From Trueperaceae bacterium (GTDB lineage Bacteria; Deinococcota; Deinococci; Deinococcales; Trueperaceae): a stretch of DNA of 63,037 nucleotides. The position numbers and the translations under genes are program-made. Below the pieces are notes generated by a model, which was given only the letters and a program-made list of their open reading frames with translations, was not told the DNA's origin and searched no databases. The stretch lies in NCBI GenBank assembly GCA_035703635.1, contig DASSXV010000034.1:1-63037 (forward strand), read 5' to 3'. The stretch's first letter is position 1. Every line of letters starts with the position of its first letter. Below are positions 37,068-46,916 of the stretch, piece after piece.

Positions 37068-38417
37068 ATGGCCGCTGTGTCCTCTTCACCCCCTTCAACA
37101 CCAGACGCCGCAGAGGTCCTCACCCGCGTGCGCCGCACCATGCGGCTCTCGTTGGTGGAGGGCAGCCTCATGCAGGTGTTCCTCAACTGGACGTCAGGTA
37201 GCGTCCTAGTTGGGTACCTGCTCGCACTGGGCGCGTCGCCGACGCACATCGCGTTGGTCGGCAGCGTGCCGTTCCTCGCCCAGGTCTTCAGCCCGCTTGG
37301 CGCCCTGGCGGCCGAGGTCCTTGGTCATAGGCGGCTGCTCGCCGCGGCGCTTGGCGCCACCGGCCGCGCCAGCTGGGTACTGGCCGCGTTCCTCCCGCAA
37401 CTGAACGTGCCTGACGTGTTGCGCCCGACTTTGCTCGTCGGGCTCGTGTTCTTCGCGAGCGCTTTCCAGGCGACCGTGGCTACCGTGTGGACCGCCTGGA
37501 TGGGCGACGTCGTGCCAGACGAGAGGCGCGGTCGCTACTTCGGCATGCGCGTTGGCGTCCTCGGCGCCGTCGGCACCTTCGCGAACCTCGGTGCCGGCGT
37601 GTTCCTCGACCACGTGGCTGCCCCGCTCTCGTTCCAACTCGTGCTCGGGGTGGCGGTCGCCGCCTCCTTCGCGTCCGTGGTGCTCTACTTCTTCCACTAC
37701 GACCCGCCGACGGAACGCAGGCGCGTGACCCTCGGGCAGATCGTCTCGCACCCGTACGCCTCGCGGAACTTCAGGCGCTTCCTCGTCTTCGCGATCTACT
37801 GGCAGTTCGTGGTCATGCTCGGCGCGCCGTTCGTGGTGCCTTACTTCCTCGAGGAGCTGAAGATGACGTTCGGCCAGGTGTCTTACTGGTCGTCGATCGC
37901 TGCGGTGGTAGCGCTTGGCACCACCATCTTGTGGGGTCGGGCCGCGGACCGTGTTGGCAACAAGCCCATCCTCGCGCTCGGCACGTTCCTCGCCGGGGCG
38001 CTCCTGCCCCTCAACTGGATCCTGGCTGGGTTGACCGGCAACCTCGCGTTCATCTGGGTGTCCGCCGTGTTCGACGCGATCGCGTGGGGGGCCATCACGC
38101 CTGCCGTCTTCAACCTCGCTTTGGGCGCCGCGCCGCGCAGTGGGCGCGTCTCGTTCATCGCCATGTACTCGCTCGTTCAGGGGATCGCTGGCTTCGCTGG
38201 CGGCGCCCTCTCCGGGCCCCTCATCACCTATCTGCACGGCATCACCTACCCGGCGTGGATGGCGGGCTGGACGGGTTACCACACCCTCTTCGCGCTCTCG
38301 GCCGTCGGGCGCATGGCCGCCTGGTTGTGGCTACGCCCGATCGAGGAAGAGCGTTCGTGGCGCACGCGGGACGTCTTGGCGCTGGCGCGCCCATGGCATA
38401 GGCAGACCGGCGCTTAA
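37068..38417 (+). CDS. MFS transporter
   Basis: Multiple hydrophobic segments; motifs VPDERRGRYFG and WGRAADRVGNK. Confidence 0.85.
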   Translation: MAAVSSSPPSTPDAAEVLTRVRRTMRLSLVEGSLMQVFLNWTSGSVLVGYLLALGASPTHIALVGSVPFLAQVFSPLGALAAEVLGHRRLLAAALGATGRASWVLAAFLPQLNVPDVLRPTLLVGLVFFASAFQATVATVWTAWMGDVVPDERRGRYFGMRVGVLGAVGTFANLGAGVFLDHVAAPLSFQLVLGVAVAASFASVVLYFFHYDPPTERRRVTLGQIVSHPYASRNFRRFLVFAIYWQFVVMLGAPFVVPYFLEELKMTFGQVSYWSSIAAVVALGTTILWGRAADRVGNKPILALGTFLAGALLPLNWILAGLTGNLAFIWVSAVFDAIAWGAITPAVFNLALGAAPRSGRVSFIAMYSLVQGIAGFAGGALSGPLITYLHGITYPAWMAGWTGYHTLFALSAVGRMAAWLWLRPIEEERSWRTRDVLALARPWHRQTGA

Positions 38418-38483
38418 GCGGGCGGCCGGCTAGGTGGTTGAGCGGGCCGCTCTGCTTGTGTACTTCAGCACTAGTAGCGTGGC

Positions 38484-38533
38484 TTGACGCCGCCATGACG
38501 TTCGCCTTAGCCTTACTTAACAACTTTGCAAAA
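38484..38533 (+). promoter_or_regulatory. Promoter plus AT-rich candidate ROK operator
   Basis: TTGACG-18 nt-TAGCCT followed by TTACTT-N9-GCAAAA across the predicted +1. Confidence 0.5.
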
Positions 38534-38551
38534 CCTTCTGGAAAGGAACGC

Positions 38552-39676
38552 GTGGACCTCAGAAGCGTGCAGCACGACAACGTACGAGAACATAACCGCC
38601 GGGCGGTGCTGCAAGTGCTGCGCTCGCGCGGGGCTGCGTCTCGTTCCGAACTGTCGCGCGCCACGCTACTCAGCGTTCCGACCGTCACCACCATTGGCCA
38701 AGAGTTCGTGGCCCTCGGCCTGGTAGACGAGGGCGACCTAGCGCCATCCGGCGGCGGGCGCCCGGCACGCCTCCTACGGCTCGTGCCAGAGGCGCGCAAC
38801 GTCCTAGCTGTCGACCTCTCTGGCGCTAACGTGCGCGCAGCACGCATCGACCTAGCCGGCCAACTTCACACCCTAGAGCCGGGACCGCGCCTGGCGCCCG
38901 GCTCCGAAGCCGACCTAACCGCCTGGCTGGCGGCCACGGTCGCCGACGCCGCTGCCGCCAACACGCCGTTCGCATGGCTGGCCGTCGCCATCCCTGGCGT
39001 CATCGATCAGGACGGCTCACACGTGCGCCTCGCCCCAAGCCTCGGTTGGCACCGCGTGAACGTCGCCGAGTTGCTCGAGAAGGCAAGCGGCCTACCCGTA
39101 ATGCTCGAGAACGACGTCAACGCCCTAGCGCTCGGCGAACTGCAGCACGGCGCCGGAGTAGACCACAGCCACGTCGTCTACCTCACCATCGCCGGCGGCA
39201 TCGGCGCCGGGCTCGTGGTTGGCGGCCAGCTCTACCGCGGCGCCCACCGCGCGGCAGGCGAAGTCGGCTACAGCCTCATCCCCGGCGTGCCGGAGGACGG
39301 CCTCGACCTCGGAGCCTCCGGACCGCTCGAACGGCACCTCCTCGGCTTCGCGCAGCGCGTGGTGACGGACGGCGCTCTCGACCTGAGCAGCCCCGAGCGC
39401 AAGGCAGCGTTCGAGAGCCTCGCTGACGGGGTGCGCCTCGTGCTCCATAACCTCGCCTGCGTACTCGACCCTGAAGTCGTCGTCGTCGCCTGGTCAGCGG
39501 ATCAAGAGGGACGCCTGGCGCAAGCCGTAGCCCAGCGCTGGCATATGCCGCTCGCGGTCGGGGTGAGGGCAGGCTCGTTGGGCCCCATCGCCGCCCTGTA
39601 CGGCCTCGGCCACATCGCTCTCGAGAGCCTAACGGCCAGCGTTTGCGGCCTCGAGCAAGTAGGGAGCTCACTATGA
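38552..39676 (+). CDS. ROK-family transcriptional repressor
   Basis: N-terminal HTH (SRSELSRATLLSVPTV, GGRP); motifs ENDVNALALGE, GIGAG, AGEVGY; AAGGA RBS before GTG 38552. Confidence 0.9.
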   Translation: MDLRSVQHDNVREHNRRAVLQVLRSRGAASRSELSRATLLSVPTVTTIGQEFVALGLVDEGDLAPSGGGRPARLLRLVPEARNVLAVDLSGANVRAARIDLAGQLHTLEPGPRLAPGSEADLTAWLAATVADAAAANTPFAWLAVAIPGVIDQDGSHVRLAPSLGWHRVNVAELLEKASGLPVMLENDVNALALGELQHGAGVDHSHVVYLTIAGGIGAGLVVGGQLYRGAHRAAGEVGYSLIPGVPEDGLDLGASGPLERHLLGFAQRVVTDGALDLSSPERKAAFESLADGVRLVLHNLACVLDPEVVVVAWSADQEGRLAQAVAQRWHMPLAVGVRAGSLGPIAALYGLGHIALESLTASVCGLEQVGSSL

Positions 39677-40626
39677 GTTACCGCCACCTGCGTGTCATAG
39701 ACGTGCACACTCACTTCCCGATCCACGACACCATGGGCCTGCCGCCCGTGCCGGAACAACAGCACCCACTGCTCCAGGCGTACGCCAAGGACCGCGGCAA
39801 CCGCATGGCCATGGAGTGGAACACCGAGCCAACCGAGCCGGCAGCCAAGACGGACGCCGAGGTCGACGCCAACCTGGAGCGCTGGGTCGGCGAGGTCGAA
39901 CGTTACGGCCTGCGCAAGGTCGTGTTCGTTAGCGCCAACAACAACGACCGCCTCGCCGGCCTCGTGGCGCGGCACCCCGATAAGTTCGTCGGGTTCGCGC
40001 ACCACGCCCTCGAGCCGGGCGCTGACGTCGAACTCAAGCGCGCCGTCGACGACCTCGGCCTGCGCGGCTATAAACTCCTCGGGCCACGCACGAACTACCC
40101 GTTCGAGGCACCGGAGCTGCGCGGCGTGTGGGAGTTCCTCGCCGAGAGGCGACTACCCGCCCTCATCCACTTCGGCTTCCTCGGCAGGGGCGGCGGCATC
40201 GTTCAGCACCCACGCATGAGCCCCCTCTCGCTCTTCGAGGTCGCGCGCGCCTTCCCCGAGATCCCGTTCCTCATCCCGCACTTCGGCGCCGGTTACTACG
40301 ACGACCTGCTCGCCCTCTGCTGGAGCCTGCCGAACATCTACATCGACACGTCAGGCTCGAACCAGTGGATGCGCTGGATGCCATACCCACTGACCCTCGA
40401 GGACCTCTACCGCAAGGCGCTCGACACCATCGGGCCTGAGCGCATCGTGTTCGGGTCAGACTCGAGCCTCTTCCCGCGCGGCTTCTCCGAGCGCTACCTG
40501 CTCGACCAGTTGCGCGCTTGTTACACGCTCAACGTTGAGGAGGCAGACGTGGCGCTCATCTTCGGCGGCAACGCCGCCCGCCTTCTGCAACTCGCAGACG
40601 AACCCAATGAAGGGAGCGAAGCGTGA
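39673..40626 (+). CDS. Amidohydrolase_2 family metal-dependent hydrolase
   Basis: Motifs DVHTH, LIHFG, IPHFG, YIDTSG, VFGSD; ATGA overlap with the ROK stop. Confidence 0.88.
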   Translation: MSYRHLRVIDVHTHFPIHDTMGLPPVPEQQHPLLQAYAKDRGNRMAMEWNTEPTEPAAKTDAEVDANLERWVGEVERYGLRKVVFVSANNNDRLAGLVARHPDKFVGFAHHALEPGADVELKRAVDDLGLRGYKLLGPRTNYPFEAPELRGVWEFLAERRLPALIHFGFLGRGGGIVQHPRMSPLSLFEVARAFPEIPFLIPHFGAGYYDDLLALCWSLPNIYIDTSGSNQWMRWMPYPLTLEDLYRKALDTIGPERIVFGSDSSLFPRGFSERYLLDQLRACYTLNVEEADVALIFGGNAARLLQLADEPNEGSEA

Positions 40627-42068
40627 GCTGGCACCCCGCCTACCGTAAGCAAGTGCTGGAACCGGACTTCCAGCACGCAGCCACACACCTCTCACACCAC
40701 TTCATCGACGCCATGACGGCGCACCTAGACACCGTCATGCGCCTGCCAGCCTACGCGGGCGAGGCAGACCAGGCAGCAGGCGCCAAGGTGCGCGCCGCGC
40801 TGGTGGCGCTGCACGACGCGCCGCGCCCCGAGCAAGCGGACGACGTGCCCGACTACTACTTCGCGCTGCAGCGCAAGCTCGAGGCAGCCTTGGGCGAGGC
40901 CGTCGGCCTCATCCGCGTCGGCCTGAGCCGCAACGACCTCGACATGACGGTCTACAAGATGCACGGCCGCGCGTCGCTGCTCGACACCGGCGAGCGCCTC
41001 CTCGAGCTCAGGCGCCTGCTCATCGAGAAAGCGAACGCGCACGTTGCCACTGTGCTCATCGCCCAGACTCACCACCAGCCTGGTCAACCGACTACCGTCG
41101 CGCACTATCTCGGCGCCGTCGAGGACCAGCTGTCGCGCGACTCGCAGCGCCTGGAGCAGGCGTACACGCGCATGAACACCTCACCGCTCGGCGCGGCCGC
41201 GCTGGCGGGCAGCAGCCACCCCCTCGACCGCGAGTTCACGGCCGCCAGGCTCGGCTTCGACGCCCCCGTCGGCAACACCTACGACGCGGTAGCCTCGGCT
41301 GACTGGCAGTTCGACATCGTCAGCCTGGCTCAGTCGGTTGCGCTCGGGTTGGGTCGGTTCGTTAACGATCTCTTGTCCTGGGCCGCATCCGGCTGGTACC
41401 GGCTAGAAGATAGTCTGGTCCAAGGGTCATCGATCATGCCGCAGAAACGCAACCCAGTCTCCCTCGAGCATGCCCGCACGCGCTTCTCGCGCGTGCTAGG
41501 CGCGGCAGGCATGGTCAGTTACTCTCACCACAACATCCCCTTCACCGACCTCAACGACTTCGGCCCAGACATCCAGGGCGCCCTCGGCCTGCAGCACAGG
41601 CAGTTGGTCGGCGCCCTCACGCTGCTAGACGCCTGCCTCCAGCACGGCGACTTCGACGAGCGCAAGCTTGCCGAGGCAGCAGCGCGCACCGACACGACGG
41701 CAACCGAACTCGCCGACGTGCTCGCGCGCGATCACGGACTAGCTTTTCCTCACGCTCACCACGTGGTCGCCACGTTGGTGCAGCGTTTCAACTCGGAGGG
41801 GCGGCTACTGACCTCGGCAGCCCCCGCCGACGTGGAGGCCGCGGGCGGACCGCTGCTCTCCCCGGAGGCGCTCACCGCCGCGCTCGACCCAAGCGGGTTC
41901 GTGCGGCGCAGGAACGGCCTTGGCATGCCAGCGCCGGAGGTCATGACTATCAGGCTCGCTCGGGCCACGGAGCGGCTAGCAGCCGACCGTCAGGCCCTGC
42001 GGGATCGGTCCGAGGCGCTCGCCCGCGCCACAGCAGGGTTGCGCGGAACCGGAAAGGAGCAAGTCTAA
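40623..42068 (+). CDS. Argininosuccinate-lyase-like C-N lyase (fumarase/aspartase superfamily), probably not the biosynthetic ArgH
   Basis: Signature GSSIMPQKRNP, plus SRND, THHQPGQP and SPLGAAALAG. Confidence 0.85.
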   Translation: MSWHPAYRKQVLEPDFQHAATHLSHHFIDAMTAHLDTVMRLPAYAGEADQAAGAKVRAALVALHDAPRPEQADDVPDYYFALQRKLEAALGEAVGLIRVGLSRNDLDMTVYKMHGRASLLDTGERLLELRRLLIEKANAHVATVLIAQTHHQPGQPTTVAHYLGAVEDQLSRDSQRLEQAYTRMNTSPLGAAALAGSSHPLDREFTAARLGFDAPVGNTYDAVASADWQFDIVSLAQSVALGLGRFVNDLLSWAASGWYRLEDSLVQGSSIMPQKRNPVSLEHARTRFSRVLGAAGMVSYSHHNIPFTDLNDFGPDIQGALGLQHRQLVGALTLLDACLQHGDFDERKLAEAAARTDTTATELADVLARDHGLAFPHAHHVVATLVQRFNSEGRLLTSAAPADVEAAGGPLLSPEALTAALDPSGFVRRRNGLGMPAPEVMTIRLARATERLAADRQALRDRSEALARATAGLRGTGKEQV

Positions 42069-42070
42069 GT

Positions 42071-43315
42071 ATGAAGCGTGTTCTTCTTCTCTTGGCCGTG
42101 ATGTTGGGGGTCGGCATCGGCGCCGCCCAGACCACCATCACCTACTGGCAGTACGACTACGCCACCCGCGTCGACGCGATGAACCAGCTCATCGCCCAGT
42201 TCGAGGCCGCCAACCCGGACATCAAGGTTGTCCAGGAAACCTTCCCGTACGACGGCTACCAGCAGCAGGTTGCCGCCTCCATGCCCGCCGGCCAAGGCGC
42301 GGACGTCGCTCAGCTCTTCTACGGCTGGCTCCCCACCTGGCAACGCGCCGGTTACGTCGTTCCGCTCCCTGAGCAGTTCTTCGACGCCGCCGAGCTCGAC
42401 GCCAACTTCGCCCCGCTCGCCCAGGCCGCCAAGGTAGACGGCACCTGGTACGGCCTCCCGACCGCCGTACGTAGCTTGGCGCTCTTCTACAACGCCGACA
42501 TGCTGGCTTCCGCCGGCTACGACGCTCCGCCCGCCACTTGGGACGAGTTCGTTGAGATCGCCGAGGCCCTCACCGTCAAGCAGGGCGCTCGCTTCACCCA
42601 GGTTGGCTACGGCTTCGCGCCGACCGGCCAGGACCACCACCTCGTGCGTGAAGTCCTCATCCGTCAGTTCGGCGGCGCGCCGTACTCCGACGACTACAGC
42701 ACCGTCACGTACGACAGCGAAGCTGGCGTCGAAGCCCTGACCTTCTACACCGACTGGGTCACGAAGTACGGCTTCGCCGTGCCTGAGTTCGTCCCGGGCA
42801 ACAACGGTTACCGCGACGGCTTCCGTCAGCTCGAGAACATCGCCATGATCGTCGACGGCTCGTTCGCCATCGGCGACGTCAAGAAGGTCTCCTTCAACTG
42901 GGGCGTCACCGAGCTGCCCGTCTTCGACAACGGCATCAAGTCGAACTTCGGCTCGTTCTTCATGAACGCCATCACCCCGAACGCCACCAAGGACCCGGCC
43001 AAGCTCGAAGCCGCCGCCAAGTTCCTCAAGTTCGTCACGAGCGACGACGCCATGAAGCTGTGGCTCGACGTCGTGGGTGAACTGCCGGCTAGCCGCAGCC
43101 TCATCGCCGACCCGACCCTCGCCGCGGACCCCGTCTACGGTCCGTTCGTCCGCGCCCTCGACTACGCGCACGCCACCGTTTTCGTCGACGAGACCGGTCA
43201 GCGCGACGTGATGGTCGACGCCATCAACGAAGTCGTCCTCCAGGGCACCAGCCCCGCCGTTGCCATCAAGGAAGCGGCCGCAACCGAGCAGCTCCTGCTG
43301 GACGCTAACCGCTGA
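42071..43315 (+). CDS. Carbohydrate ABC transporter substrate-binding protein (CUT1)
   Basis: Signal peptide; motifs FEAANPDIKV, ALFYNADM, PATWDEF; strongly C-ending codon usage. Confidence 0.9.
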   Translation: MKRVLLLLAVMLGVGIGAAQTTITYWQYDYATRVDAMNQLIAQFEAANPDIKVVQETFPYDGYQQQVAASMPAGQGADVAQLFYGWLPTWQRAGYVVPLPEQFFDAAELDANFAPLAQAAKVDGTWYGLPTAVRSLALFYNADMLASAGYDAPPATWDEFVEIAEALTVKQGARFTQVGYGFAPTGQDHHLVREVLIRQFGGAPYSDDYSTVTYDSEAGVEALTFYTDWVTKYGFAVPEFVPGNNGYRDGFRQLENIAMIVDGSFAIGDVKKVSFNWGVTELPVFDNGIKSNFGSFFMNAITPNATKDPAKLEAAAKFLKFVTSDDAMKLWLDVVGELPASRSLIADPTLAADPVYGPFVRALDYAHATVFVDETGQRDVMVDAINEVVLQGTSPAVAIKEAAATEQLLLDANR

Positions 43316-43378
43316 GGTCACGGGCGGCAGCAGCCGCCTAGCGGCGTGCGAGCGCCGACCAGCACCGCTTTAATCACC

Positions 43379-43403
43379 GTGGGGGCGAGTATCTCGCCCC
43401 CAC
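43379..43403 (+). terminator. Stem-loop after the binding-protein gene
   Basis: GTGGGGGCGAG-TAT-CTCGCCCCCAC perfect 11-bp stem; no U-tract. Confidence 0.55.
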
Positions 43404-43469
43404 CAGACTCAAGACTTATCTGCTTCCTCGCCGCGCCACTTGGCGCGGGGCAACGGCCCGGGAGGTGCC

Positions 43470-44438
43470 ATGAGGAGTTCGCAAGGCGCACCGCGCCGTC
43501 GAGGACTATCGCTGAGCTCGCGCGAGGCCCTATGGGCGTACGCGTTCATGCTCATTCCGCTCGGCTTCTTCCTGTTCTTCAGGTTGTGGCCAGCGATCCA
43601 GTCTTTGAAACTGTCTCTATTCACTTGGCACGTCGACCCTGAGCAGCGCGTCTTCATCGGGCTGCAGTACTACCGCGAGATGTACGCCAATATCGCCGCC
43701 AAGGGCGATCTCTACAAGGCGCTGCGGAACATGCTCTATTACTTCCTCATCGTCGTCTTCGGTCAAGTCTCCCTCGGCATGATCAGCGCCATCCTCCTCA
43801 ACTCGATCACGCGCCTCAAGGGTCTCTTCCGCGCCATCTATTTCGCCCCCTACGTCACGCCGGCAGCGGCCGTCGCGTGGGTGTGGGGCTGGATGTACTC
43901 GGTCAACTTCGGTATCTTCAACAAGTTCTTAGGCGACTGGAGCGAGTTCGTCACCGGCATCGGCCTACCGTGGCTGGCCATCGACCCGCAACCGTTCCTC
44001 ACCAGCCCGAAGCAGGCGCTGATCGCGGTGGCCGCAGTGGTCGTGTGGCAACAGCTCGGCTTCCAGGTAGTCATCTTCCTTGCTGGACTGCAGGGCATCC
44101 CGCGCCCCATGCTCGAGGCGGCCGACATCGACGGCGCCAACGGGTGGCAGCGCTTCTGGGGGGTGACGTTCCCCCTACTCAACCCCGTGATCGTGTTCTC
44201 GCTCATCATCTCGACCATCTCGACGCTGCAGATGTTCGACCAAGTGCAGAACATCAACTTCACGGACCAGGGCGGGCCGCTAGGTAGCACCCTCACCATC
44301 GCCCTGTACATGTACCAGCAGGCGTTCCAGAAGTTCCGCATCGGCTACGCCGCCGCCGTCACCGTGCTGCTCTTCGCCATCATCCTCGTCATCACGCTCA
44401 TCCAACTCAAGGTCACGCAAAGGAAGGTCGAGTACTGA
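43470..44438 (+). CDS. Carbohydrate ABC transporter permease
   Basis: EAA loop LEAADIDGANGWQRF; GGAGG RBS. Confidence 0.9.
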   Translation: MRSSQGAPRRRGLSLSSREALWAYAFMLIPLGFFLFFRLWPAIQSLKLSLFTWHVDPEQRVFIGLQYYREMYANIAAKGDLYKALRNMLYYFLIVVFGQVSLGMISAILLNSITRLKGLFRAIYFAPYVTPAAAVAWVWGWMYSVNFGIFNKFLGDWSEFVTGIGLPWLAIDPQPFLTSPKQALIAVAAVVVWQQLGFQVVIFLAGLQGIPRPMLEAADIDGANGWQRFWGVTFPLLNPVIVFSLIISTISTLQMFDQVQNINFTDQGGPLGSTLTIALYMYQQAFQKFRIGYAAAVTVLLFAIILVITLIQLKVTQRKVEY

Positions 44439-45292
44439 TGGCCGCACAGCTCCAGTACGCCCCGCGCCGCCGTCGCCCGCGCTTCGCGCCCGGTCGCTTC
44501 GTCGCCTACGTGCTGCTGGCGATCGGCAGCGTCGTCATGGCGTTCCCGTTCGTGTGGATGATCCTATCGGCCTTCAAGCCGCTCAAAGAGATCTTCCGCT
44601 TCGGTTTCTGGCCGCAAGTCTGGACCCTTGCCAACTTCCAGGAAGTCATCCTTCACACGCAGTTCCCACGCTGGTTCCTCAACAGCCTCATCGTGGCCGG
44701 CATCTCGACGGTTTCGGTGTTGTTCTTCGCGTCGCTGGTGGGTTACACCCTCACGCGCCTGCGCTTTCCCGGCCGCAACTTCATCTTCTTGCTCATCCTC
44801 AGCACCCTCATGATCCCCACGGAGATGCTCGTCATCCCGTGGTACGTCATGTCGACCGAGTACGGCTGGGTCAACACCTTCTGGGGCATCGCCTTCCCTG
44901 GCCTCATCCCCGCGTTCGGGGTCTTCCTCATGCGGCAGTTCTTCGAGACCCTGCCGCGTGACTTGTTCGACGCCGGGCGAGTCGACGGCGTGAGCGAGTT
45001 CGGCTTGTTCTGGCGGGTCGGCCTGCCACTCGTCGGCCCCGGCCTCGCCGCCCTCGGCATCTTCAACTTCGTAGGGAACTGGAACGCTTACCTGTGGCCG
45101 CTCATCGTGGCCAAGTCGCCGAGCATGCGCACCATCCCCGTTGGGGTGGCGTTCTTCTCGGGTGAGGCCGGCACCGAGTGGAACCTCATCATGGCGGCAG
45201 CTGCGCTCGCCGTCATCCCCGTGCTGCTCGTGTTCTTCATCTTCCAGCGCCAGATCATCGAGGGCGTCGTGCTTACCGGGGTGAAAGGATGA
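44438..45292 (+). CDS. Carbohydrate ABC transporter permease
   Basis: Motifs FLMRQFFETLP, DAGRVDG, WNAYLWP. Confidence 0.9.
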   Translation: MAAQLQYAPRRRRPRFAPGRFVAYVLLAIGSVVMAFPFVWMILSAFKPLKEIFRFGFWPQVWTLANFQEVILHTQFPRWFLNSLIVAGISTVSVLFFASLVGYTLTRLRFPGRNFIFLLILSTLMIPTEMLVIPWYVMSTEYGWVNTFWGIAFPGLIPAFGVFLMRQFFETLPRDLFDAGRVDGVSEFGLFWRVGLPLVGPGLAALGIFNFVGNWNAYLWPLIVAKSPSMRTIPVGVAFFSGEAGTEWNLIMAAAALAVIPVLLVFFIFQRQIIEGVVLTGVKG

Positions 45293-46281
45293 GCATTGCC
45301 TGGGGGGACGGGCGGGAGCCCGAGTCCCCACGGATCTTGGTAGTCGGCAACGCCAACGTGGACGTGCTCATGGGAGACGTCGCGCCGTGGCCCCTGCCGG
45401 GTAGCGAGGTCATCATCGACCGCTACGAGTGGCGAGTGGGCGGCGCGGCAGGCAACACTGGCTTAGCGCTCGCAGCCCTTGGAGTCCGCGATGGTGAGGA
45501 CTCGGACGTCATCGCCGACGTTGGTAGCGACTTCCTCGGCGCCTGGCTGGAGGAAGCCATGGCAGGCGCGGCGCGCTTGACGCGCGTGCCGCACTCCACC
45601 GCCCTCACGGTCGGCCTCACTCACCCTGATGGCCAACGCACGTTCGTATCGTACTTAGGGCACCTCGTGACGCTGCCGCTCGAACGCATCGAGAGGGCCA
45701 TCGACGCCGCCCGCCCTGGCGACCTGCTGCTGCTGTGCGGTTACTTCCTGCTGCCAGAGCTACGCGCCAAGGCGCCCGCCATCTTGCGGCGCGCTAGGGA
45801 ACGCGGAGTCATCACTACGATCGATACCGGTTGGCCGGACGGCGGCTGGACGCCGGAGGTGCGCGCCGAAGTGGCTGCGCTGCTGCCGCTACTCAGCGCC
45901 TTCCTCCCCAACAGGGAAGAAGCCCTCGGCCTCACGGGCGCACCGCAAGACGGCGACGTCAACGCCGCCGTGACACAACTCTGCGACGTCGGCGCCGAGC
46001 GCATCGTGGTGAAGCTCGGCGCGGAGGGCGGCCTGCTGGTGGCGCCAGACGAGCACGCGCTGGTGCCATCGCCGAAAGTCGTGGTGCAGGACACCGTCGG
46101 CGCCGGCGACACCTTCAACGCTGGCCTGCTGGCTGGCTTGGCGCGCGGCATGAGCTGGGCAGAGGCGCTAGTGCCAGCAGTGAACGCCGCCGCCCTCGCC
46201 ATAGCAAGCCAGCCAAGGCATTACCCAAGCTGGGACGAGACCCTGAGCGCTTCGCGCCAACCCGTCTCGGTTACTAGGTAG
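45289..46281 (+). CDS. PfkB-family carbohydrate kinase
   Basis: Motifs GGAAGN, PNREEA, VKLGAEG, DTVGAGDTFNAG; ATGA overlap. Confidence 0.9.
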   Translation: MSIAWGDGREPESPRILVVGNANVDVLMGDVAPWPLPGSEVIIDRYEWRVGGAAGNTGLALAALGVRDGEDSDVIADVGSDFLGAWLEEAMAGAARLTRVPHSTALTVGLTHPDGQRTFVSYLGHLVTLPLERIERAIDAARPGDLLLLCGYFLLPELRAKAPAILRRARERGVITTIDTGWPDGGWTPEVRAEVAALLPLLSAFLPNREEALGLTGAPQDGDVNAAVTQLCDVGAERIVVKLGAEGGLLVAPDEHALVPSPKVVVQDTVGAGDTFNAGLLAGLARGMSWAEALVPAVNAAALAIASQPRHYPSWDETLSASRQPVSVTR

Positions 46282-46826
46282 TTCATTCGCGCATCGTGCG
46301 GGCCGTGAGGCAGGTCGGGCAAGACGAGAGCGTCGAGCGTCACCCCAACCACCACGGCCCCCGCGCGCGCCCTGGGCAGCAGCCGATCGTAATAACCGAG
46401 TCCGTAACCGAGCCGCACGCCCGTGATGTCGAACGCCAAGCCTGGCACTAGGAACAGGTCAACGGCGTCCGGCTCTACAGTGGCGGCGGCCTGAGTCGGC
46501 TCCAAGAAACCATAAGCGTGACGAGACAAGGCAGACTCGTCGGTCAGCTGGGCAGCCGTCACATGGTGCAGCGTTAGGTGCGGCTCCGGGCGCCGGTGCG
46601 TGCGCGGAAGCACTAAACGCTTCTCGTCGGCTACCAGCAGTTCGCCGAGGTCGACCTCATCGCCGAACGCTAGGTAGGCCGCCACCGTGTCCGCGCGTTG
46701 GTAGGCCGTGCATGCCCGCAGCGCCGCAACGATGGTTGCGTTGAGCTCCGGACCGCGGCGCTGCATCTCCTGGGCGCGCACCTCGCGCGCCCAGTCGCGC
46801 ACTGCCCGCTTCGCGGCAACCGTCAT
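46221..46826 (-). CDS. ygfA: 5-formyltetrahydrofolate cyclo-ligase
   Basis: VPGLAFD...RLGYGLGYYDRLL motif; TAGACT 8 nt before the ATG. Confidence 0.9.
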   Translation of the reverse strand: MTVAAKRAVRDWAREVRAQEMQRRGPELNATIVAALRACTAYQRADTVAAYLAFGDEVDLGELLVADEKRLVLPRTHRRPEPHLTLHHVTAAQLTDESALSRHAYGFLEPTQAAATVEPDAVDLFLVPGLAFDITGVRLGYGLGYYDRLLPRARAGAVVVGVTLDALVLPDLPHGPHDARMNYLVTETGWREALRVSSQLG

Positions 46827-46916
46827 GGCTGATGAGTCTACGCTGCTGGTCTGGGCATTGCACAGGCCGCGTGTGCCGGACCGCACCGCATTGGCTTCGC
46901 TCAGACATACTGGTGC

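Noticed and set aside
42065-43321. 418-aa antisense ORF mirroring the binding-protein gene (similar shadows at 482..1120, 37206..38282, 4181..5047, 32995..33834)
   Set aside because: Typical high-GC shadow frames caused by codon bias on the coding strand; no recognisable motifs.
46827-46916. Possible 6S RNA upstream of ygfA
   Set aside because: Only 90 nt, largely taken up by divergent promoters.
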